Part shown: positions 36,427-47,800 of the stretch, one piece after another
How positions within the stretch are numbered: position 1 is the first letter of the stretch
How the letters are laid out: each line of letters starts with the position of its first letter
From: Perna viridis
Taxonomy: Eukaryota
DNA: 64,000 bases
Reading direction: 5' to 3'
NCBI GenBank assembly: GCA_037379345.1
Contig: CM074511.1
Coordinates: forward strand, 16,554,001 to 16,618,000
Notes under the pieces: model-generated
Databases searched by the model: none
Seen by the model: the letters and a program-made list of their open reading frames with translations, nothing else
Told to the model about the DNA's origin: nothing
Translations under genes and position numbers: made by a program

Positions 36427-37607
36427 ATGATGAAAATTTGGTTTATTGTGTTTGTATTCTGTTGTTGCGTCTTGGTGGAAACAGCAGAGACAGACAAGGT
36501 AGGTTATTTGATTTTTCTCGGTAGGTTTTTGAAGTAGTGTTTTGTGAAAATATTTTTTGCTAATAGAACTTACAATGACGCATTTTGTAATGGAGTCATT
36601 TTTTTATACGAAAAGTGCTTGTGGCCTAGGGAAAATCCGAAGTTCGACTAATCAAAGCAGTTTAAGTAAAACATTTTGTCGTAGTAAACAAAAGTGCAAG
36701 ACTACACGGAAATACCCTCTTGTTGCTTAAAGCGGTCTTTGTTGTATTGCTAGCGTATTTACTTATGAGTCACAGTTGGTTCATAACTTTTTTTGCTTTC
36801 ACTTTTTTCACTGTCATTTTGTAGAGTCATATAATTACAAAGAGGGCAGCGGAAGAGCCTACAGACCTACAACTTGAAAACGAGTTAAGGCGAGTAAAGC
36901 GTATAATAGAGCCACAAAATGCTCTATCAAGAGCAAAGCGTATGAAACGACAAAACCATCTTGAAAAAGACCTGTTGAGATTAAAACGCGAGAAAAGATC
37001 CCTTCCAGAACCAGAACTTTCGAGAATGAAACGGGGGAATATAGATGATTCTCCAGAATTGTCAAGAGTTAAACGTTTTAATGATCTCAAGGCTAATATT
37101 GCTACACTAGTGCGAGTAAAAAGACTAAGACGATCGGTTCTAAATTCAATGAGAGCGTTGGATGAGCCTGATTTGGCGCGCGTGAAACGCATGAAGAGAT
37201 CTATAAACCCAATGGATTTCGCTATGCCTACATTATATAGGATGAAACGTAATCATGATCGAAACGCTATTGAATTATCTCGAGTTAAACGAATGAAGAG
37301 ATCAGCAGCCATGATGAAACGGATACCCCCAGACCTTCACAAATTAAAGAGACTGCGCAACAGAAATTTGGAAAAAGCGGCAAATGCTAAAAGAGCACAT
37401 TTTAAGGCAATGAAAGGATATTCCGCAAGAAACAAAGACTTTCACAAACGAGGAAATCATTCTAGAAATGTCGAAAGTTTTAAGCAACGTGTACAAAATA
37501 GACTACGTTCCAGACACAGAAAAAGACTCAGCCATAGAAAACAGAAAGCAAAGAACGACAAACATCACGTACAAAGTCACAGACTTAACAAGAAAAGTTT
37601 GATTTAA
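36427..37607 (+). CDS. Secreted multi-copy peptide precursor, LXRX-neuropeptide-like (284 aa; exons 36427-36498, 36825-37607)
   Basis: Signal peptide MMKIWFIVFVFCCCVLVETA...TDK|gtaggt splices in phase 0 to ttgtag|SHIITKRAAEEPTDLQLENELRRVKR..., in frame with ORF 36942-37607. Ten repeats follow: LRRVKR, LSRAKR, LLRLKR, LSRMKR, LSRVKR, LVRVKR, LARVKR, LYRMKR, LSRVKR, LHKLKR. The C-terminal tail is rich in Arg, Lys and His. Confidence 0.85.
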
Positions 37608-38859
37608 AACAGTGTGATAACAACATATTCAGAACAAACCGAAAACAATGTGTTTTTTTTTGTACCTTTCTAGATCAAATTGTAGTGCAGCACAATCTTA
37701 AAAGAATTTTGTAAGGGTTGTAATTTTTTTTAGCGAAACCTTTGTATTGAACATTTTTATGTTAAAAAAAACATTTGTATTAAAATATAGAATTTTTGCA
37801 GTTTTGTGATTACCTCAAAATTAACAAGATCCTTTTAGAACAATTGAAATAAACTACTAGCAATATGAATCGGGAAAATGTGTGAATCACTGACAGATGC
37901 TAAGCTATTAAACATCGTATGGTCCCGTGTAAAATAACCTTTGTAGTCCTTCTGGCTATACAAATAATAACAGTGAAAATTGACTGGATTATAATTTGAT
38001 ATACAATTCTGATATGACATATTTGTAATCATTTTATGATAATTCAGTAAATTAGATATGTGATAAGTAACTCTGTAATATAGTTTTGTACATATTTGAT
38101 TGCATTTAACATATAAGCAAATCTATTAGGGGATTAAATGTAAAACCAAAAACAATACAGTTAATGCATTTTCATACACTTTCGTAACATCAGTATAAAA
38201 TAAGTAAAACATTTTTTTTCGTTGAATTGCCTTTAACATAAGGACTAGGGCAAGGATTGGAATTTTATTCTTTGATACATTTTATGTAATTTTATGAAAG
38301 CAACTAATATACCGATTACAGAAAATTCACTCCCTTTGCGGCCAAAAAAATATTGCTTATATATTGTACTACGTGTAATTTAAGGTCTAATTTATTTACG
38401 TTATAACACATGCTTTAATCTAGTAAACTTGCTATAATTCAACAGAAATGGTAAATTTTCCGATACCCCTCGCAATTAAAGTGAATGTTTCTAAAAATTG
38501 ACATTTTGTTTATTAAAACACATAAAATTCCAACACTAATGTATTAAAATACACATTGTTTTATTAATTGAAGTCCAAGTTGTTAATAACAAGTAACATT
38601 TGAATAAATCTATTTGGAAAAATCTAAATGTGTCTTGAATGCATACTTAGTCTATTGAAAATTACTACAAACGAGAAAAAACAGGACTATTTACCTGGCT
38701 TTAAAGGTAGCCACGTGACATTTGACAGGTGAATGGCCAAACAAAACCTCGATGAAGCGCTGTGTTTGAATCGTGGCGTTATTCCAAATATGTTATTCTG
38801 GGTGGAATTAGGGTAGACTGTCGAAATATGGTGGCGATATTATAAATCCGTTCATCGAT

Positions 38860-41800
38860 ATGGCTACAAACAAAAACTATGGGTTGAAAGGCGGCGTAAG
38901 TAACAAACGTATAGTTTGATTAAATGTAAACACGGAACTGTATGGCTTAAACAAACAGTATACATTCAGCTTTAAGATATTGCTTAAAATCTCACGCTGA
39001 TTCCAGGCATTCAAGAAGTCAAAAAACATAAAAAGACACATAATATTATGAATTTTAATATTAACTATACACAGTGCTTTGAACCCGTATAAAAAAAAGG
39101 CTAATATTTTGTTAATCTGTGTCATTGGCCATGGATCAATGATCCTAGTTATTTATTGGAAAACCACGCATTAACCTTCATAATGGTCTATTTTTGTAAT
39201 TAGTACTACTTTAGCCAGCATGAATATACTAACAAATAAGAATAATTAAAAGAAAAACAACGTATCGATCTATTTATGAACAGGAAAACGAAAATTGCAA
39301 AATTATCCGATATGTTCAGAGATACGCAGACGACTGCATGGGTATCAAGTTCCATTTGATTCGTTATATAATAGGATTCTGTTATGAATCGCTTCTAAAC
39401 AAGGAAGAAATGTTATACCAATACGAATAAAAATAATTTATTAAATCCCGGCTTAAGCTTGATATTCGAATCTGTTTCTAAAACTGCCTTTTCTCGTGGA
39501 ATAAATCTCGTCAATATTTCCTTTGATTTTGATAAGTAAGTGGAACGCACATCAATAACAATTAGCATAATGGCTAAAATTTGAAGTAAAACTTTTACAA
39601 GTCAGAAAGAATAGAATGAACGCGATAACAGTTTTCAGTATTGTAGCAGAAAAAATGTGTTTTCGTTACAAATTTGACAGTTAACAAAATGATTTACATA
39701 GAGGTGTTAGGAACAGAGAGAAAGAAGAAGTAATACCTAACGTAAAATTTGACAATAAGTAAGCACCAACATACATGTAATAACATAAATACATATAGGC
39801 TATGTAAACAGCGAATTTTCCTGAGCTTTTTCATTATGGTTGAATATAGATCTACTGGCAGTGAATGTCAATTCATAATTCTTAAAACTAAGCTGAATAC
39901 CTGGCACGTTTAATGTTTTTTTTTGTGTCTCTTCCTAATCACATTTTGTTTCTGGAATGTAATAGGCTAGAAAAGACAACTATGATTCAGAGAGCCGTTC
40001 TGTGGACAGTAGACAGGTAAATCCGACTTTCGATCCCGACCCTGATTTATACGCAGAAAGGAGAGGTCATAGGGTAAGATCAGGTTATATGTTAAAATGA
40101 AATCATGGGATTGGTACTGGGATTCGTCCCATTGAGCATTCAAGTATTATATATGTATCCTAACATAATGGTTTTATACATGTAACTGTAAAGGACATTA
40201 ACGAGTAATATGAGTGCTATAATCAGTCAACAGAAATAATGTTTACTATCTTGACTATTTAAAAACAAAGGAATTCACGCACTTCTTTTGTGTATCTCAC
40301 CATATTTAGGTTACAGACCACGAATTCAACCAGTGAGCATTTGGAACGTACGTAAAAATAGTCCTACGCAGAAATTACTCCTGTTCCTCATAGTGCTGTG
40401 AAAAAAGTTCTCATCTTATTTAAAAAATTTGAACAGTTTCTGAAAGGAAAAACATTTCTGTACATTTTATAGGTGCATTTTGCTTCTTGTGATGTGAAGC
40501 CTAATCTCCATAATGATTTCTAAATATACCCCTATCTTGTGAAAACACTGCTATTTATAGACACTTCACTTCCGGTGACCAGTACTGCACTGTAAGTCTG
40601 CTAACCTCACATGCCATTCTGAGGATTGTGAGCTGACATATGTAGAATCATGCTGATATATAGTCCTCTGCAGGTTAAAGTTAAGGTAAAGTCCAGAGAA
40701 GCCATTGAATATTGAAGTGAAATTAGTGGTTTCTAGCCTTAATGAATACATGTACCTGTTTTGATTATCTCATCTTGAATTTGCGCATTTGTACATTTAT
40801 ATGGTGTATGTAACTTACAGAATAGAGAGAATCATTATGACTCAGAGGAAACTTCATTAGGAAGCCGACAAATATCAACCAAACGAGACCCAGGAGTGTA
40901 CAACGATAAAAAGGGCTACTCAAGAACGCCATCTACAGTAGGTAACACAAATAATGTTCTTTCTATAACTACAGACGACCCGTAACCTTAATTTCAAATG
41001 AAAATTTGATGTCCAAATATTGAGGTTTCGTATGACCTCCTCTCGAATTGTAACCTTTGTCTGTGAAGCAATTGACACAAAACAACTGATCAACATAAAA
41101 CAACATGTAATATTTTAAAACACCTATTTCTTTTTATTTTTCCTGTAAACAGAAGAACGAATGAATCTGATAATATGTTTGAATAGAATGAATCTGATAA
41201 TATGCTTGGATTGATATAATTTTGAAGTGTTTGTTTCAGGGCACTGGAGCTACTGTAGAAACAACGGACAGCAAGAAGCAGATTTTTGGAGAAGATGAAA
41301 ATGAAGAGCGTGGGAACTGGACTGGGCGTTTTGATTTCCTCCTTTCCCTATTAGGATACGCCGTAGGACTCGGCAATGTTTGGCGGTTTCCTTATTTATG
41401 CTACCGTAATGGCGGAGGGGCCTTCTTGATCCCCTTCGTCCTGATGATGGGATTAATTGGGGTTCCTCTATTTTTCATGGAGGCATCACTTGGGCAGTTT
41501 TGTAGCAGTGGGCCAATGACTTGTTGGAAATTTGCTCCGATGTTCAAAGGAGTTGGAATTGCCATGGTTTTAGTGTCAGCATTTACATCATTGTATTATA
41601 ATATGATTCTTGCCTGGTCGTATTATTACCTCTTCGTTTCTTTCACCAGTAATCTTCCATGGGCAGGCTGCAACAACGCTTGGAACACAAAATGTAAGAT
41701 GAACATACAATGCACGCATGTTATAGAACAAAATAAACGAAGTTATCAGCTATTCTGAAGTGTTCAAAACAGATTATAAACCTACAAGACTTATCAAATT

Positions 41801-44800
41801 CAGTATTTTTTACAATTATATAAGCACTTATTTAAATAATTATATGTCACTGGGTTTTTCGTGAAGCTTTGACTTTCGATTGTTTCAAGGGGTAGCTTTA
41901 TATCATTTATATCTTTTAAAACCTTTTGAAAAAGTAGAATTATTAATACATTGCAAGTAAATATCGCCTATATTTTAATTTTTAAATATATTTCACTGTT
42001 CCTTCTTTTCTAGATTGTGCAGACAAGCTGCCATTAGTAAAATGTTTGTCAGAAACAAAGTACTTGAATGGGACATGCTACAATGGAGAAGAGTTCATTG
42101 GACTGTGGAATGATACTATGTTTACTAAGGTTACTGGATTAAAAAGAATATCAGCCGCTGAGGAATACTGGAAGTAAGTGTAATATCTGTGGATAAACAC
42201 AAACTTAGTACTTAATTCAGGTGGGACTAATAATAATTATGGTAAGCTTACGCTTTTAAGTACAATATTATACTGAAGCATTTCTCGATCTTGTGCCCAA
42301 TGAATTTTGTTTGTGTTAAATGGACTGTGACATAAAAAAAGTCATCTTTAGGGACATAACAAGGGAACACAGAACAACAACGAAACAAAAATCAATCAAT
42401 CAATCAATCAATCAATCTTTTTGTCAAGAAAGTACAATACTGCAATAAACAGTTTTGACTTAATTGTTTCAGTATGGATACAAAAATCAAATTGCATTGT
42501 TAAGAAAATTACTACAATTATTTCCCTGATATAAAAGCGTCAATAAGTCTTTATCTCATGTCAGATTAAATTGAGATTTTTATAAACTTTGCTTATTCTT
42601 CCAGTAATAAGGCAATTACTATTACTGATGGCATCGATAACTTTGGTCAACCTAAATGGGAGTTAGTCTTGTGTCTTATGTTGGCTTGGTTTATTTGTTT
42701 TCTCTGTCTTCTGAAGGGCATCAAAACAACAGGAAAGGTATGTGGTTATTATTTAATTATGTTCACTAAGATTCAATTGTAAAACTGTTAAAACGGAAGT
42801 GAACTAACAAAGAAAGATTTTGAAAACAACTCATATTCGTTGACGATGCTACAGTACCGAGAGTACAAACAAGGACACAATAATACCAGAAGTAGACTGA
42901 GAACACATCGCACAGCACAACAAAATAATACCAGGAGTAGACTAAGAACACATCGCACAGCACAAAACAAAACAAAAAAATATAAGCAGAAATAGCAAGA
43001 ACTGCAACTAAAAAGAGAAAATGTAATCAGGTGCCTCGCTTGCTGCTTCAAAGACACAAAACATCTAATTGTGAAATGAATATTTAGTATTATTCCAGAA
43101 CACTGACCGGAGCTTTATCAGATTATAGTTATAGTATTTACAAAAATTCAATTTTCAGGTTGTATATTTCACCGCCATATTTCCATTCGTCGTTCTTATC
43201 ATATTATTTTTCCGTGGTGTAACGTTAGACAATGCTGGAGATGGCATTTATTATTTCATTGTTCCAGACTTCGAAAGGCTTTTAGATGCTCAGGTACATT
43301 TGTCTTATATACAGTGGTATTGTGATGTTAATTGTGCTAATGTTAGCGGAAATCCCATACTCATAGTATCATAATGCTTAACAATTTGTAAACTTTAAGA
43401 TATATTTGACCAGTGCCAATGCTTTGAATCGAATTCTTTTGGAGGAAACCCCTAATATACGTTGGGGAAAAAATCTGAAATAGTACTGGAAAAGGGAAAT
43501 TCCAATTATCGATGTTTTATTTTGACGACTCGAGTAATAACAGTCCTCTGAGTTCTTTATCAGAACAAAGCTGATTACGTAACTTCAATTGCTAATCGAT
43601 ACAACAAATTTTCTGTCAAATCATAAGTATTGTTTTTAGTTTGCATACTTATCTTCACTATAAGGACACATTTGCATTGTTCCATATCTTTTACTGGAAA
43701 AAAAGATTTGAATCTTATGCATGCAAATGTTAAGATCTAAGTTTCTATACGTTTGACATTCATATAATGTGTTTTACCGTTTTCTCTCTGTCGTAATAGT
43801 TGTTTCTATTGCCACAAATTTGTTAAATTTATAATGGTAATTTAACAGCAAATGATATAACTTTTACGTGATCTGGTAGGTATGGAAAGATGCAGCAGTA
43901 CAGATATTCTTCTCAATGTCTATAGCTGGTGGTGGATTGGTTACTTTGTCAAGTTACAACAGATTCCATAATAATATACTCAAGTAAATATATCAGTGTT
44001 TAATCTATTGCCTTCATGTCAAGTTTTGTCTTTAAAGTTACACTATGTATAAGTTATACATCTACATATGTGTATGGCATGTCCATCATTGGTATATTTA
44101 ATCTTGGGGTGCCAACAGTTTGATGTTTACGACAATTTCATCTTCATTTCTCCAACACTTTCAATCCAATTGTGAACAAACAAACACAGAGAAAATGCAT
44201 TGAGGGGTTAAAACGGTGTACACATTTGGATCACCAATGTTTAAAATCAAGGAAGAATACGAACAAAACTAATCAAGGGACACAATTGGTATGCGGTCAA
44301 TAGTTTTTACAAAATAATAAAGTATCATCATTGGTCGAAAATCTCACAAATTTTCTGTCTCTTGTCTTTTATTGTTGTCTTCCAACACAAAATGAAGCAG
44401 ACGGGGGTTTTATATCCAAACATCATGTCAGCGCCCTATTTAAATAAAAAAATTGGGTTCTGTGTGGCCATTTTAGTATCGTAGCAATGTTATTATCCTC
44501 GAGTGTTATTGTTTGTCTTGCAGAGATTCTATCATTGTATGTGTGGGAGATACATTTACGTGTATTTTTGCTGGTTTTGTCATTTTCTCATTCTTGGGTT
44601 ACATGGCAGGGCGATTGAAAGTCCATGTCAAGGATGTTGCACAAGATGGTAAGTGCAATGTCAATCATTTATAATATCGATATCTTAATAATATGATAAA
44701 TATTCGTTTTCATTTCGATGTATGTCATTTTCGATATTATAATAATACCTTTGTTATTGATTTATTCATATACGGAATAAATGATATTTCAGAGAGGCTT

Positions 44801-47800
44801 AGATTTTTCAAAATATTGTGTAAACTTGATAGGGAATGTATAACACACATTGTTTCTTGCCGTTTTTAGACTACAACATTTCTGAATCTATTTGTACAAC
44901 TACATTATGTATCCGATTTTATAGAGAATGAAAATGCAGTTCTTTGGTTCATATTATGATCTCGTCCCATAAACAAATCGTAGTTTAATGTTCGAATAAA
45001 GTCAAACATCGATCGCGTGTATTTATTAACATAAACTACCCGAACTCGATGTGTTTACTATTGTGTTAAAATATCCCAATTCAAAGCTATCTTTGTTCTT
45101 ATACTTGTAGCAAATAAAACGCAACATAAAAATAATACACAGTCTAGCATATTGTTTATCTAATTGTAAGTATTACTATAAATAACGTATTGTCGTTCAT
45201 GTTTTTAGGCGCAGGTTTAGCTTTCGTTGTATATCCAGAGGCAGTAACAAGTATGCCTGGTGCACCATTCTGGTCGATATTATTCTTTCTGATGTTAATC
45301 ACACTTGGTTTAGATAGTCAGGTTAGTTAAAACAACTGTTATAATTATATTCGTTGACATATCAAGCTTTCTTGTCACTTTACTTACCCGCCGGGCTATA
45401 TGTCTGCCATATTTATTGAAAATACTGCTAAACAAAACAAAGTAAAAAAAAATATGGATATCAGGACGCCAAAAAATATTTTAAAAAATACAAACAAAAA
45501 GACATTAATTCTTATATTTTTCTCTCACAAAGACTGAACCAATGCAAAAAGGGTTTTAATTGATTGATATAATACCCCATTCAATGAATGGGAGCTATAT
45601 TGGAATCACATTGTCCGCAGGTCCATCCGAATTTCGTCCCAATTTTTCTGGTGACATTATAGATACATGTACTAAGTAATCGACTTTTGGGTGCTTTCCG
45701 ATATCAACTAACCAGTACGAGTTGGGATTATACCTAGCAATACAAAGCGTGCCACTGCATGTTTTGTTTTAACTAAATTAGCTTTGAAGATTACAAAGAC
45801 TGAAGTGGCTATTTTTAATAGTAAGACATTCATATTCATAAAAGTCAAAGTGACACAATTTACTGATTCATATATTTTATTCCAACTTTATTCAATAAAT
45901 TGCAGTTTGCTATGTTGGAAACAGTATTGACAGGAGTAACAGACCAGTGGCCGCATTTACGAAACTCAAAGACATTGGTTATCTACTTAATCTGTACTGT
46001 ATTCTTCCTTGTAGGACTTCCACTCACATGCCCGGTAATGAAACATGGTTTGAAGCCAACTCGTTGGCTGTTTAATATTATTTAAACCATTCATGTGCAA
46101 TAAAAGTCCTATTAAAATCTAAAGCACGGGTCAATTGTATTAATGCTGTCTATTTTCTGTCATAGAAAAAAAATCCGTAACTCATTATGTACTGAAAATA
46201 GATAATGTTATAACGGAATAGATATCCAAGATGTATTGTTTTGTAAATACCATTTACATTGTTTAAGTCAGTATGAAACTTGGTTCACCCAGTCCGTGCT
46301 CCCAGTTTTTAGTGGAGTCCGGGTTACTCATTTACTTTTGTTTCGATGTACATGTATGTTTTATATTGGTTTTATTTTTTTGCTTTTACCTATATCACTA
46401 TCTAATTGTTATCCCTGGTTTACCTTCCATAGTAAACAGGAGTTAAATTAAAGAAAACGTACACAAATTTACAAAGCATAAAACTAGAAAAAAAACTTTA
46501 TATATTTTTATGAATATTGAATCATACTTCCCACACTTGTAAAACATAGCAGAAATATGCGAAAAGCTTTTAGGTCTGTCATAATAAGATATTTCAACTT
46601 ACGTTCAGGATTACTTCCTTCTATCAATTTTTTAACTTATGCAAATATGCATTGATTTTATTCATCACCAAGACCATCTAAGTATATTGGACATAACCTC
46701 CCCTCCCTTCTTATGTTCTCTGTTACCAGTTTTTGTATTACAATGTATACACAATCATAAGAATACACCCGTACCTTATGATTTTTTAGAAAATATAATA
46801 AACATATTTCAGGGTGGTATATACCTGCTTCAAATACTCGATAACTATGTGGGAGGTTGGACCCTTCTGTTGATAGGTTTTGCTGAATGCATATGTATAT
46901 CATATGTATATGGTAAGTGGTATACCGTTTGTTTAGTTCTCAGTGATATACTGAAGGGGCTTTTTTTGTAACTGAAATACTCGTGAAATTAAACAGGTAG
47001 CGTTTTACTTTTGCATCAAATGATAATCAAATTGCTTAAAAAAGTGACTTTTGCACAACTGAGTGTATTACCTTTGTGCCACAAAAATCATATACTTTTT
47101 GCTCCGTAGAACAGGTAAAATACACTCAGGTTAATTAGAGTATAAAAACATGCTCTGTATTTAAGATGTTTTCATCTTGATATTTAATAAAATCAGATTC
47201 GTTCTAGTCAACTACAACATTTATAAGAAATATCACCGAAACTAGTGACGGCAGGTGCAAGTGAGTTCTAAAGAGATCAACAGGAACCCATGTTAATATG
47301 GATCTGTTTGAATTCTTCATATTAGACCTTGGTAATAAAGTTTTAATAATGAAAAGAACCTTTTTTTATTCACTAAACCATAAACAAGTAGCACTACGAA
47401 TTGATATGACTTATCTTCTATAGTTGCTTCTAGCTGTGAATTTTCTAACTGTATAACATTACATTGATATCCAGAGGAAACGACAAAACGCATGAATGAT
47501 AATCTAGGGACGAAAACTATACCTAGTCTTTATTGAGTATATACATATCGGCAAAATATACAAAAATATTTCTATTCATTATGAATTATGATTTCCATTA
47601 TCTTTATCCACCTGTATATGGCGCAAATTAAAACATTCATTCAATGGCGTTAAAATAATACACACCCATGACGCAAAAGTAATATAGCTCAATTACAAAT
47701 TTGGCGAAAAAGTAAGACGCCTCAAACAGGAACGTTATTAGTATCGCAACAAACCTAAAAAAAGACGATTTTAATACTAGTAAAACTCGCTACTGATTTC

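Noticed and set aside
36827-37192. 121-aa minus-strand ORF with RFTR-like repeats
   Set aside because: It is the antisense shadow of the repetitive LXRX-like precursor.
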